Shown: positions 8,975 to 18,342, counted from the first letter of the stretch. The stretch: 59,724 bases of DNA from a virus (IMGVR_UViG_3300037873_000022:1-59724), one strand, 5' to 3'. The notes: generated from the letters alone by a model not told the origin. Translations and numbers: made by a program.

Positions 8975-10383
8975 CAGCTGACCTCCAGCAGCTCAGCCGG
9001 GATCTCCAGGGCCTCGGCCAGCTTGGCGATAGCAGCCTGGCGCTCGACCTCCAGGGTCCGGCGTAGCTCAGCGGCAGCCTGCTCGCGCTCGCGCTCGACC
9101 TTCAGCGCGGCTCGGACCTCAGCCGTGGCGCTAGCCTTCAGCTCCTGGACTGCCTGGTCCGGCCCGAGCGCCGCGGTCAGTGCGACCTGGCGCCCGTTGT
9201 GCGTGCGGGTGGCCACCGGGAACCCGGGCTCGGCGTGCTGGCGAGGTCCGGGGGACAGCGCCAGAACCTCGATCAGGCTGAGCCCGTCCGAGGTCTCCCG
9301 CCAGTCGCCGGAGACCCGGCGCCGGGCCAGGATGCGCTTGGAAGCGTCGTCCAGGTCGGGCCGGATCGGGCCGGCCACCGCGATCCCGAACACGTCCTCG
9401 TACATGCGGACATCGGCCGCGACGGTCTTCCCATCGTAGGCGGCCATCGTGGCGGAGGCAGTCAGGTTGAGGCCCGGGTGCCGGCCGCCCACAGTCAGGC
9501 GCCCTGCCCAGACCACGCCCCCGTCCTGGGTGTCCACCGGGTAGCGATGGAACCAGGAGTAGTCACCGCCCGGGTCCTTCGGGGGGGTGATGCACACGTC
9601 CGGGAACCCACCGTGGCAGGTCCCCCAGACCGCGATGTGCCCGTAGACCCGGCCGGCCTCCCAGTCGAACGTGACCTGGGTAGGGCCGGCCAGCTCGGGC
9701 GCGTCGAAAGCGACGGCCGGCGGTCCGACCGGCGCGCTCACCGAGGCGACCAGCGCAGCAGTACGAGCGGCGGCAGCCTCGTCCGGCTCCTCGTCCTCGT
9801 CGGGCTCCATCAGCTCCAGCGGGTGAGAGGTCTCCTGGAACGCGGGGATCGAGACCAGGGTGGCGGCCCGAACCCGGCCCTCGGTAACCAGCAGCTCGAC
9901 CTTCACCTCCTCGCCGTTCTCCTCGGCCTCCTCCAGGTCCTCCCAGGTGATCTCCTGGTCGGTGCCCTCGCGGACCGGGATGCCCTCGAAGCTGTCCAGG
10001 TCCACGCTGGGACCCAGCACGCCTTCCGAGATCAGCTTCACCGCCTCGGCCACGTCCTCCGCGAGCCGGGGCATCTCCTCGCGATCCACGTCATCGAAGA
10101 TCTCGCCGACCGCCCAGATCGCCTCCATCGAGTGGTCCAGCCCTGAACGGGTGACCGCCTCCTGGCTGACCCAGCCCTGATCGAGCGCACGCGCCACGGT
10201 GGCGAAGTGAGCCTCCTGGACAGCGCCGACTACCACCGCGCCGTCGTGGCCCATGTCGCGCTCGCGCGCCCACTCGAACGGGAACGGGGTAGGCGCGGCG
10301 GTGAGCCCGCCAGACGCGAACCGGCGCCCGTCACCGGTCGGCGCGTTGATAGGCGCCAGCATGGTCCGGAACCTGGTTCCCAT
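8974..10383 (-). CDS. Capsid maturation protease
   Basis: PTGDGRRF, GHDGAVVVG, SVDLD, AATLVSIPAF, GRVYGHIAVWGTCH, SGDWR motifs; lies between MuF and capsid genes. Confidence 0.8.
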   Translation of the reverse strand: MGTRFRTMLAPINAPTGDGRRFASGGLTAAPTPFPFEWARERDMGHDGAVVVGAVQEAHFATVARALDQGWVSQEAVTRSGLDHSMEAIWAVGEIFDDVDREEMPRLAEDVAEAVKLISEGVLGPSVDLDSFEGIPVREGTDQEITWEDLEEAEENGEEVKVELLVTEGRVRAATLVSIPAFQETSHPLELMEPDEDEEPDEAAAARTAALVASVSAPVGPPAVAFDAPELAGPTQVTFDWEAGRVYGHIAVWGTCHGGFPDVCITPPKDPGGDYSWFHRYPVDTQDGGVVWAGRLTVGGRHPGLNLTASATMAAYDGKTVAADVRMYEDVFGIAVAGPIRPDLDDASKRILARRRVSGDWRETSDGLSLIEVLALSPGPRQHAEPGFPVATRTHNGRQVALTAALGPDQAVQELKASATAEVRAALKVEREREQAAAELRRTLEVERQAAIAKLAEALEIPAELLEVS

Positions 10384-10430
10384 GATCTCTACCTCCTCGG
10401 TGGTCCCCAGCTTACGCGGTGGACGTACTG

Positions 10431-12056
10431 TTACTCTCCGGCGAACTGTCGGTTACTCATGTCGGTGTCCTCGCCGGGCTCCATCAGCAACATGGTGCAT
10501 CGGCAGTTGTGTAGTGCGATACCATTACCGGTGAACCAATGGTTGGACGTTGAAAGGTTGTAAACCTCATGGTCGCCCGTAAGCCTGTTGACCTCGATGA
10601 TCTCGCACGGCGCCATGCCAGCGGCCAGAGCGTATTGCAAATGAGCCGAGAAATCGGTGTCAGCCGTCCGGCCATCGTCCGGCGTTTGACGGAGCTGGGC
10701 CTGGAAGTCCGCAGCGCTAGTGACGCGAACCGATTCCGGATGGCTCGGCTCAGTCCCGCCGAACGACGTATCCTCACCCGGTCGGCCAACGAGGCTGTCC
10801 GCAAACCGGCCGTACGAGTCCCCCCGGACTGGCACGCGCGCAACCACAGCACCGCTCAGACCAGACAGCGGACGTTCTCGGCTGTCGAGCCCAACGAGAT
10901 CAAATTCCTGGAGCTGGCGGAGCGCACGGGGGTGCCGATACTCCGGCAAGTAGCCGTTGGCCCCTACAACCTCGATTTCGTCGTAGGTTCCGTCGCCGTG
11001 GAAGTCCATACGGCTGCCCATCACCCGCTCCGACTCCCCCGCCTTGCACAACGCACCATGAACCTGCTGGGCGCTGGTTGGAGCGTCGCGTACCTCTGGG
11101 GGTGGGGGGTTCAGGGTGGCCATGACGTACTGACCTGGGCGCAAGAGACCAGCCGGGACGTACCCGGTGGTGGTGAGTACCGGGTGGTTCGGGGTGACGG
11201 TGAGTTCGTGCCCGTTAGCCGTGGTGAGCTGGACCATCGGGCCGGAATGAAGGCGCCGGGTCGTACCGTATATCAACTGCCAGGGCCACTCGACCTGTGT
11301 TGACCCGATCACGCACTGGATCACCTCCTCAGCCGGGCCGGCCGGGTCACCCGGGAAGTCGATCGCGGCCCCGCCCACCACGAACGGGTCGGTCACCGGT
11401 ACCCGCTGCCCGTCCGCCTCATCATGGGTGTCCCGGGTCCGGTCATCGATGGTGCTCAACCAGACCTTCTCCATGGCAGTTCCGGTCTCTTCAGCCACCG
11501 CCTTAAACGCGTCGAACCGGCTTGAGTTCAACGCACCCATGGACTCAGTTCGCGCCACTACAGTGGCCCGGTTAGGCCATAGTGCACTGTCGGAAGTTGA
11601 CAGTACATCATCGACTCTCTGAGTGAGCTGGGGTATACCCTCGCCCAGGTTGACCCCCTGGGCCACCTGGCCGGCTACCATGTCGTACACCTCGTCCGAG
11701 ATGCCCACCATCCGGTTGTGGACCTCTGCGAGATAGGCACTGGCGAACGGGCGTTGCTCCCACGGGAACCCGGAACCGAGCAGGTTCTCATACGCGCCGG
11801 CCATGGCCGGCCGGACCGCCCCCGCGATCACTTCATCTACAGCGGCGGACCATTGGGGGGCCCGAGCCCATATCGCGTCCAGGTTAGGCGTGCCTCCCCG
11901 CAGCACGCGCCGGCTGGTCTCCACCAGCCAGCCGGACAGAGCCGACCAGAACGCCCGCCGGAGGGCACGCTCAGCGGCCCCGGCGTTGAGCCTGGCGTCC
12001 AGCCGTTGAGGCAGCCAGGGGTCCCGGCCGCGTCCGCTCCACACCGGCTCGGTCAC
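10431..12056 (-). CDS. Phage Mu gpF-like minor head protein containing an intein
   Basis: RATVVARTES, KVWLSTIDDRTRDTH, FPGDPAGPAEEVIQ|intein|CRC; predicted spliced product 271 aa. Confidence 0.88.
   Translation of the reverse strand: MTEPVWSGRGRDPWLPQRLDARLNAGAAERALRRAFWSALSGWLVETSRRVLRGGTPNLDAIWARAPQWSAAVDEVIAGAVRPAMAGAYENLLGSGFPWEQRPFASAYLAEVHNRMVGISDEVYDMVAGQVAQGVNLGEGIPQLTQRVDDVLSTSDSALWPNRATVVARTESMGALNSSRFDAFKAVAEETGTAMEKVWLSTIDDRTRDTHDEADGQRVPVTDPFVVGGAAIDFPGDPAGPAEEVIQCVIGSTQVEWPWQLIYGTTRRLHSGPMVQLTTANGHELTVTPNHPVLTTTGYVPAGLLRPGQYVMATLNPPPPEVRDAPTSAQQVHGALCKAGESERVMGSRMDFHGDGTYDEIEVVGANGYLPEYRHPRALRQLQEFDLVGLDSRERPLSGLSGAVVARVPVRGDSYGRFADSLVGRPGEDTSFGGTEPSHPESVRVTSAADFQAQLRQTPDDGRTADTDFSAHLQYALAAGMAPCEIIEVNRLTGDHEVYNLSTSNHWFTGNGIALHNCRCTMLLMEPGEDTDMSNRQFAGE
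10506..11315 (-). mobile_element. Intein (270 aa, residues 248-517 of the MuF protein)
   Basis: Block A Cys1 (CVIGST), block B LTVTPNHPV, block F EVYNLST, block G IALHN followed by +1 Cys; removal restores the EVIQCRC motif. Confidence 0.92.
10569..11303 (+). CDS. HTH plus DUF559/Vsr-like endonuclease encoded antisense inside the intein
   Basis: N-terminal HTH (GQSVLQMSREIGVSRPAIVRRLTELGLEVR); nuclease pattern E110..RQVAVGPYNLDF..AVEV....HH..R...L...GWSV..LW. Confidence 0.75.
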   Translation: MVARKPVDLDDLARRHASGQSVLQMSREIGVSRPAIVRRLTELGLEVRSASDANRFRMARLSPAERRILTRSANEAVRKPAVRVPPDWHARNHSTAQTRQRTFSAVEPNEIKFLELAERTGVPILRQVAVGPYNLDFVVGSVAVEVHTAAHHPLRLPRLAQRTMNLLGAGWSVAYLWGWGVQGGHDVLTWAQETSRDVPGGGEYRVVRGDGEFVPVSRGELDHRAGMKAPGRTVYQLPGPLDLC

Positions 12057-13987
12057 GGCGCCCCCACCGGCTCCAGGCCCTGGCCGCGGTTCGCGATCGA
12101 GAGCGCGGCGAACAGGAGGTCATCATGGTGCGCCATCCCCCGGGTCAGCAGCTCAGTCACGTAGCCGGACAGCAGCCGGGACAGATCCTCAGCGTCCACC
12201 CCGAGATCCCGGGCCACCTCGGGGAGGTGGGCCCAGGCATCCGCCGTGACCTTCGTGGCCTTGTCCGGGGTGACCGGACCGACCCGCACGTGTAGCTCGT
12301 GACGCGGGACCTCAGACCATCGTCCCCGACGCTCGGCCGGGGTGGTGAGCCGACCCCCGGCAAGCTCCAGCGCTCGCAGGACCATCAGCTTGGACGCGGC
12401 GTTGAACACGTGCTGGGGGTTTGGTGGTAGCGCCGGCTGAGCAGTCAATGCCAGCTCAGTGATCCGCTGGTTCAACTGTGCGGTGATACCCCGAGCGGTG
12501 CCCGATGCCGGCTCGTCCTCGTCCTCATCCGGCCCATCGTCCAGGTTCTCCGGCGGCCCGTCCGCCGGGTCCTCGTCCTCCTCGTCTCCCCCAGCCGGCA
12601 GGGCCGGTGCGGCGGCAGCCGGCGCGGTGATCGCAGGCAAGCCGAGCAGGCGTTGTATCGCCGGGTCGGCCAGTAGCTCCGGCCGGCCCTGCACGATCTT
12701 GAGGAGGAGCATCTGGACCCGCTGCTGAACGGTCGGCATCTGGTCGGTGGAGAACGCGCCAGCCTTCACGGTCTCCTCGTCGCTGAGCAGCAGCCGGTCC
12801 CAGAGCTGCAGCGCTTCGTCCATCCGGTTGGGCCGGGCGGCCAGCGGGCTCGTGTCGAAGCTGAAGGCGAACCGCTCGGGGTTCGGTACCCCCATCGCCT
12901 CCAGCGCCGGCCGGAGGAACCCCCGGGTGAGCGCATCGGCGATGTACGCCAGATACGACTTGATCCGCTTGATGCCCTCTTCGGAGATCGCCCAAGCGGT
13001 CCAGTGGTTGGCCGTGGCCATCCCGATCAAGATCTCGTTGGGGATCTCGAAAGCGGAAGCGACGCGCGAGATCGCCTTGTCTTTCATCGGGGTGATCTCG
13101 GCGGACAGCTCGGACCAGAACGTGGTCGGCTTGAGCTTGTCCAGGTGCTCGATCAGGTGGTCTGGGATGGTCGCCATCATCGGCACCATCGAGCTGGCCT
13201 TGCCCTGATCGCGCATCGAGGCGGCGGCGGCCCGCTGGAGGTAAGCCATGAACCCGGCCAGGCCCTCGGGATCGTCCTGGCCCCGGGGGTAGTCGATCCC
13301 TTCAGGCAGGAACCACACCCCGGCGCCGGTGAGCCGGCTGTCCAGCTCGGCGAACTCGCGCTTGGTCAGAAGCTCGATCTCGCGCAACGGCACGATGGCC
13401 GCACGGGTCGGGCTGTCGGCCTGGTCCACGTCGTTGGGGTGTGGGCGCCAACACCGGATCAGGATGTCGGTGCCGTCGCGGAGCTGTAGCTCGTTTCCGC
13501 CCCGGACCTTGGGCCGCCGGACCATCACGTCGTTGCCCCGGCGCTTGAATGCGGAGCCGGTGACCACGAACCAGGAGCCCTCAGCATCCCCGGGGCTGTT
13601 GGCCGCGCCCTCCCCGACGATCCAACACTCCCCGCCCACGGCGAGGTCCACTCCGGCCAGCCGGAGGTTATCGTCCCGCTGGGCTCCAGTGCCCAGCGGG
13701 ACGGCTGCCAACCGGGCGATCCGCTCCTCGGTGACCTCCCCAGTCTCCTCGCCGGTCTCGGCCACCTCGGTCACGAACAGCCGGGCCTGAGCTACCGAGT
13801 CCCCGATCCAGTTGGCCAGGAACCGGTGCTCGGGGACGATATCGTAGAGTCGCCAGCCTTCGATCTGCCAGTCTCGGTTCCCGAACTTCCAGGTTTTCCA
13901 GGAGCTGGCCTGGTCCAGCGGGACCAGCGCGGTAGCGGCAGTGACGGCCCGGCCGGCGCCGGGCAGGCTCGGGCGCTTCAGGGCCAC
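12053..13987 (-). CDS. Portal protein
   Basis: WQIEGWRLYDIVPEHRF, CWRPHP....ADSPTR, SRLTGAGVWFLP, ANHWTAW motifs of actinophage portals. Confidence 0.85.
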   Translation of the reverse strand: MALKRPSLPGAGRAVTAATALVPLDQASSWKTWKFGNRDWQIEGWRLYDIVPEHRFLANWIGDSVAQARLFVTEVAETGEETGEVTEERIARLAAVPLGTGAQRDDNLRLAGVDLAVGGECWIVGEGAANSPGDAEGSWFVVTGSAFKRRGNDVMVRRPKVRGGNELQLRDGTDILIRCWRPHPNDVDQADSPTRAAIVPLREIELLTKREFAELDSRLTGAGVWFLPEGIDYPRGQDDPEGLAGFMAYLQRAAAASMRDQGKASSMVPMMATIPDHLIEHLDKLKPTTFWSELSAEITPMKDKAISRVASAFEIPNEILIGMATANHWTAWAISEEGIKRIKSYLAYIADALTRGFLRPALEAMGVPNPERFAFSFDTSPLAARPNRMDEALQLWDRLLLSDEETVKAGAFSTDQMPTVQQRVQMLLLKIVQGRPELLADPAIQRLLGLPAITAPAAAAPALPAGGDEEDEDPADGPPENLDDGPDEDEDEPASGTARGITAQLNQRITELALTAQPALPPNPQHVFNAASKLMVLRALELAGGRLTTPAERRGRWSEVPRHELHVRVGPVTPDKATKVTADAWAHLPEVARDLGVDAEDLSRLLSGYVTELLTRGMAHHDDLLFAALSIANRGQGLEPVGAP

Positions 13988-13991
13988 GGGC

Positions 13992-14297
13992 TTACCTCCC
14001 CAGGTTCGAGGTCATGCCGGCGACCTGCCGGAAGGCGAACGCGAGCGCGGGGACGATCAGCCAGGGGGACTGCCCCCAGAACCACACCATCGGGGCGGCA
14101 GCAGCGGAGATCCACATGCCGGCGCACCAGGGGCAGGTGACCAGCTTGGCGACGTACGAGCCCAGGGTGCGAGGCCGGTCGTCCAGCCAGGAGATCAGTC
14201 GGTCCCGAAGATCCTCCGTGATCGAGTCGGACGTGACCAGTCCGGTGACGCTGGCGACCGCGAGAGCGTAGACCACCAGGAGCACCGGATCAAGCAT
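13992..14297 (-). CDS. DUF1360-like membrane protein
   Basis: Hydrophobic; LVTSDSIT and LVTCPWCAGMW motifs; precedes the portal gene. Confidence 0.7.
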   Translation of the reverse strand: MLDPVLLVVYALAVASVTGLVTSDSITEDLRDRLISWLDDRPRTLGSYVAKLVTCPWCAGMWISAAAAPMVWFWGQSPWLIVPALAFAFRQVAGMTSNLGR

Positions 14298-14324
14298 GTC
14301 CCCCAGCGTACGGGACGGATGACA
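14297..14324. promoter_or_regulatory. TGYC-N20-GRCA palindrome and leaderless promoter of the portal operon
   Basis: TGTC(14297-14300)-N20-GACA(14321-14324), enclosing minus-strand TACGCT 7 nt before the ATG. Confidence 0.55.
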
Positions 14325-14370
14325 CTTCGGGCACGATGGCCGGACGATCTACTTCCGGCAGGTCCGCGTG

Positions 14371-14493
14371 TCAAGCGCCCATGAGCGCGGCCACTCCGAA
14401 GACCAGCATGGTCAACACGACAGCGGCAACGATGACACCAGCCCAGACCACCAGCGATGCCACGATGGTTGAGATCAATTCAAGAAGCCTCAT
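14371..14493 (-). CDS. Small membrane peptide
   Basis: MRLLELISTIVASLVVWAG...; start coupled to the HNH stop. Confidence 0.5.
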   Translation of the reverse strand: MRLLELISTIVASLVVWAGVIVAAVVLTMLVFGVAALMGA

Positions 14494-14819
14494 CGCTTCC
14501 TTCCGTTGGACCGGACCGCTCCCCCGGTCTGCGAGTTGCATGGTCCGCACGCTGGTCGGATGTTCGACCGCCGGTAGGTGCCTCCCCGGCACCCGGGGAT
14601 GATCCGGTCCGCGGTCACAGTGTCCACGGTGAGCAGCGTCCCGCACCGGTAGCACCGACACGCGGGATGAGCCTGGCCCAGGGGGACCACGTTGACTCCG
14701 GCCAGGTTCACCACGTCCACGTCGGCACGGTAGGTCTTGACCAGCCACTCACGGCGCCTACGGCGGTCCTCGGCGTTCCCCGAGACGTTGCCGTTGCTGG
14801 TCCCCCGGGTGGCCGCCAT
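14490..14819 (-). CDS. HNH endonuclease
   Basis: CYRCG...TADRIIP...GGTY..SNIRPAC..CN; start 14819 coupled to upstream stop. Confidence 0.8.
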   Translation of the reverse strand: MAATRGTSNGNVSGNAEDRRRRREWLVKTYRADVDVVNLAGVNVVPLGQAHPACRCYRCGTLLTVDTVTADRIIPGCRGGTYRRSNIRPACGPCNSQTGGAVRSNGRKR

Positions 14820-15025
14820 CACGACCGCCTCTTCCACCGCGGCCGGCGCCCGGTATGCCCTACGTGCCACCCCAGGCACTGGTCACACCGGTACGTATTG
14901 GTGTCGACCAGCCGCGCCTTTCCCAAGGTGACCAGCTGCCGGCGCTGGCGCTCGGCTGACCCCTGGTCAAGGTGCCGGCGCTTGCCGGCGCACCGACGCA
15001 TGTACCCCGCGCTCACCTCTTCCAC
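14819..15025 (-). CDS. Small Zn-ribbon protein
   Basis: CAGKRRH...YRCDQCLGWHVGH. Confidence 0.65.
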   Translation of the reverse strand: MEEVSAGYMRRCAGKRRHLDQGSAERQRRQLVTLGKARLVDTNTYRCDQCLGWHVGHTGRRPRWKRRS

Positions 15026-15564
15026 GCCCTCATGTGAGCAGCGCTCACCTTCCGGGCGGTGTTCTCCAGCGCGGGTACCAGGCGCTTAACTGTCAAGTTC
15101 TGGCGGTAACTCGGGTTCTCCCGGTACGCGCGAACCACGCCCTCCACGGCCTGGAGCATCCCGAGCAGCGCCACCCGGGCAGCCTCAGTAGCTCGATTGT
15201 CCCGATCCAACCGATCAAGGTCCTTACCCAGCTCCTGAATCTCCCGGCCGTGCTGCTCGCAGCTCTCCGAGCGCGCCAGCGCGGCGCGCTCGCGGCGGTC
15301 CCCGTCTACCTGCACGGCGGCCACCTGATCGCGGAGCCGGTGAATCTCCCGGGCCATGTCGACCACCTCGGGCATCAACGCCGGGGCCTCCTGGACGATC
15401 TTGCGGGCGGAGTCACGCACCGCCAGCGGGAGGACCTGGAGGGTCGAGTGCGGCCCGTCGTACAACTCATCGCGCGGGTCCAGGTGCCGGCCGGCCAGGT
15501 GCGGCCCGACCGGGCCGGAGCACGCGGTCCGCTGGCACGGCTGGTCGGGTCCATAGCGGTTCAT
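15013..15564 (-). CDS. Hypothetical coiled-coil protein
   Basis: Member of a chain of overlapping minus-strand ORFs. Confidence 0.6.
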   Translation of the reverse strand: MNRYGPDQPCQRTACSGPVGPHLAGRHLDPRDELYDGPHSTLQVLPLAVRDSARKIVQEAPALMPEVVDMAREIHRLRDQVAAVQVDGDRRERAALARSESCEQHGREIQELGKDLDRLDRDNRATEAARVALLGMLQAVEGVVRAYRENPSYRQNLTVKRLVPALENTARKVSAAHMRAWKR

Positions 15565-15863
15565 CGTCCGAACACCGTCCTCACAGTCCGGGGGACGCTG
15601 GCGGTCCCGATCGCCACGAACCCGCGCTCGGCGTACCTGGAGGCGGCCAGCAGCCGCTCGGCGCGGGTCACGTTGGCCAGCGCGGTCATGTGTGAGCTGT
15701 ACGGGCCGAGCAGCGGGGCGCGGCGCGAGCCGGCCAGCTCCACGGCGGTTACGTAGAACCGGGAGCCGGCGCCCGGCCGGACCACTACCGGCTCCAGGGG
15801 CGCGGAGCCGAACCGGCGCCGGAGGTCCCGGCGCCGGGCTCGCTCAGCGGATGATCGGTTCAT
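15561..15863 (-). CDS. Hypothetical protein
   Basis: Coupled ORF in the same operon. Confidence 0.55.
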   Translation of the reverse strand: MNRSSAERARRRDLRRRFGSAPLEPVVVRPGAGSRFYVTAVELAGSRRAPLLGPYSSHMTALANVTRAERLLAASRYAERGFVAIGTASVPRTVRTVFGR

Positions 15864-16122
15864 ACTCGGCCACCTCCAGCCCCAGCTGGTGGTGGACCCG
15901 GACGGCGTTGCCGAACGTGTCCACCTCGATGGTCAGCCCGAACGCCAGCACGGTCTCTACGGCTATCCGGCTGTCCGGGACCTCGACCGCGACGATCGCG
16001 CTGTCCAGCATGGTCCCGGTGTCTTCGATCGCGGCGTACACCTCGCCGGCAGCCTCCTCGCGCCGGCCCTGAGCCTTGATGTACGGGGCCAGAGCCTGGC
16101 AGATCGCCTCCTCGTGGCTCAT
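15844..16122 (-). CDS. Hypothetical protein
   Basis: Likely start MSHEE at 16122 (ATGA overlap). Confidence 0.55.
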   Translation of the reverse strand: MSHEEAICQALAPYIKAQGRREEAAGEVYAAIEDTGTMLDSAIVAVEVPDSRIAVETVLAFGLTIEVDTFGNAVRVHHQLGLEVAEYEPIIR

Positions 16123-16442
16123 CGGTGACGCTCCTGGGCAGCGGTCCGCAGCATCGAGACCAGCTCGACCACCTCGGGGTCGGTGGGCTCGTCTTTCCAG
16201 CCATCCGCGAGCGAAGAGAACCGGGGTGGCGCCCCAGTGGCCCACACGTGCATATACGCCTCGAACATCGCTCGCCGCACAGCACCGGCCTTCCCGTGGG
16301 AGCCGTTCGGCCCCCAGTCCTCGACCTGGGCCAGGGTCATGTTGACCAGGTACCGCGCATCACACTCGTCGCACAGTCCCAGGAAGTGGTTGGTGTGGGC
16401 CTGCGGGCGGTAGTGCCCCGGCTCTCCGATGATCTTCACCAT
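16119..16442 (-). CDS. Hypothetical protein
   Basis: RBS GGAAAAGGATC upstream. Confidence 0.65.
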   Translation of the reverse strand: MVKIIGEPGHYRPQAHTNHFLGLCDECDARYLVNMTLAQVEDWGPNGSHGKAGAVRRAMFEAYMHVWATGAPPRFSSLADGWKDEPTDPEVVELVSMLRTAAQERHR

Positions 16443-16735
16443 TGCTGCTGATCCTTTCCCTAGATCCAGAACGTTACGATCCGGCTACGCCAGGCAGCGC
16501 GGACAGTGTTGCCATCAACCTCGGTAACGACCCAGTAGATCCCTCGGCCCATACCGTCCGGCAGTCCGATCTTCCACCCCGGAACCCGGTCACCAATCCG
16601 GATCATCTGGTTCATGCCTGGTCCCATCCCTTCCATTCGTTACCGACCACTACAGCCTAGCAGGCTCGCCTGTGAAGTGCAAGGGGGCCGGCCGCCGGAG
16701 ACAGGGGTACGGCAGCCGGCCCCCGGGGGAGGAGG

Positions 16736-17257
16736 TCAGTCAGCCTGCCACCCGGGCAACATCAGCCGCTCTCGGATCGAACGGGTCCCTTCGTCATCGG
16801 AACCCTTCCAGCCGGCGCTCTCCATGGCCAGGCCGGCGCTGTGCGCATCCTCCCGACCTACCGAACCTGGCTGGAAGCCCTCGGGCAGCGACCCGCCGAG
16901 CGCGTACACCCGGCGGTCGGGCCTCCACGCGATGTACGCCTCAGCCCCATCGGCCTCGTTTTCCCAGGTCCCGATATTGGCGTGCAGTTCGGCCGATACG
17001 CGCTGGTGCTCGCGCTGGCGCTCCAGCTCGGCAGCGGTCCGGGCCCGCGCCCGGTCGATCATTCGACCTATGGTCTGAGCACCCAGCACGACGGTAGCCA
17101 CCAGCCCGAGCAGGAACCCCACCAGGTGGCGCCCGTCAAACTGGTCATCTCCGATGATCCAGAACGTGGCTCCCCCAGCTACCGCGGTAACGCTCGCCAT
17201 GACCGCGATCGAGATCCGGGACGGGACCTCGGTGGTACCGTTGTTCTCGTTCGACAT
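16736..17257 (-). CDS. Membrane protein (2 TM)
   Basis: Two hydrophobic segments; RBS AGGAAGGAAGGATC. Confidence 0.7.
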   Translation of the reverse strand: MSNENNGTTEVPSRISIAVMASVTAVAGGATFWIIGDDQFDGRHLVGFLLGLVATVVLGAQTIGRMIDRARARTAAELERQREHQRVSAELHANIGTWENEADGAEAYIAWRPDRRVYALGGSLPEGFQPGSVGREDAHSAGLAMESAGWKGSDDEGTRSIRERLMLPGWQAD

Positions 17258-17343
17258 GATCCTTCCTTCCTGTTGAGTCGGCCGGCCCCTACCGCGAGGT
17301 GGGGGCCGTAGCCGTTACCGGTGACGAAACTTCACCGTCATGC

Positions 17344-17373
17344 TTGCGTAGTCTACAGGCACTCCTGTAAAGT
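17344..17373 (+). promoter_or_regulatory. Variant early promoter
   Basis: TTGCGT-N18-TAAAGT with the family's CCTG before the -10 element. Confidence 0.55.
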
Positions 17374-17419
17374 TACAACCGCTACGGGCGAACGACCCGA
17401 GCGGGAAGGAATTTGGATC

Positions 17420-17839
17420 ATGACTCAGGTATCAGGCTCGATCTCCCTGGAGCTGGGGAAAGTCGTCCGGGAGACCAGGGACGCGGTAATCACCGAGCTG
17501 GTCCGCACGGTTCTCACCGAGGACGAGCGCGAGAACGGCATCCCCGTCCCGCTAAACAAGGTCTCGGACGCGGTGGCCGTGCCGGTACTGCAGGCGGTCA
17601 TGCCCGCGCTGGCCTCGATCGAGCGCAAGCTCGACGTGCTGACCGAGCTGATCCGCTCAGAGAGCGAGCGCCGGGACCGGCTGGCCAACGGGCCGGTGAC
17701 CGGGGAGATCCCCCGGATCACCGACGAAGACCTGACGCGGCGCGGCCAGGGCCCGGCGTGGACCCCCAAGGAGCGTGATCTGGTCAGCGGGTCTCCTCGC
17801 GCTCAGGAGCCCAGCCAGGAGATCGGGGTAGACCAGTGA
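17420..17839 (+). CDS. Hypothetical protein
   Basis: Start MTQVSGS with RBS GGAAGGA. Confidence 0.65.
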   Translation: MTQVSGSISLELGKVVRETRDAVITELVRTVLTEDERENGIPVPLNKVSDAVAVPVLQAVMPALASIERKLDVLTELIRSESERRDRLANGPVTGEIPRITDEDLTRRGQGPAWTPKERDLVSGSPRAQEPSQEIGVDQ

Positions 17840-18342
17840 GCACCGCGGTCAAGTCCAAGTCCAGCGGGTCCGGCCTGAAGGCGGCCGGCGCAGCTCTGCT
17901 GATCCTGGCCGGGATCTGGTTTCTAGCTGACCGAGGGATCATCGGTGGGGGTGGAGACCCGTTCGAACCCGGCGGGGCGCCGGAGCAGGAACCACGGCTG
18001 GTGATCCTCACGGCAGCCTGGGGGCACTTCGAAGACACCGGGGAGACCTGGGAGGACGGAGAGCCCCGGTCCAAGTTCGTCAATGACGACCGGGAGATGA
18101 CGATCACATTCTGGGTCGACGGAATCCTGTACCCGGCCGTCCGAGATGAGCAGGTCGGCAGCCCATGGACCGAGTACCTGGCACTCCACGAAGGAGCGGA
18201 GGTCCGGCTCCTGGTCGAACAGCATGGGACCGGAGGGTTTCTGATGTGCTCGATCAGCGCCAACGGAAAGATCCTGTTACCGAATGGCTACATGCATCGC
18301 AATGACGCCGGTGACTGTGACGTAACCGGCGTGGTCGAGTAG
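17836..18342 (+). CDS. Membrane-anchored protein with MmpS-like C-terminal domain
   Basis: N-terminal TM segment; LMCSISANGK...C motif. Confidence 0.6.
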   Translation: MSTAVKSKSSGSGLKAAGAALLILAGIWFLADRGIIGGGGDPFEPGGAPEQEPRLVILTAAWGHFEDTGETWEDGEPRSKFVNDDREMTITFWVDGILYPAVRDEQVGSPWTEYLALHEGAEVRLLVEQHGTGGFLMCSISANGKILLPNGYMHRNDAGDCDVTGVVE

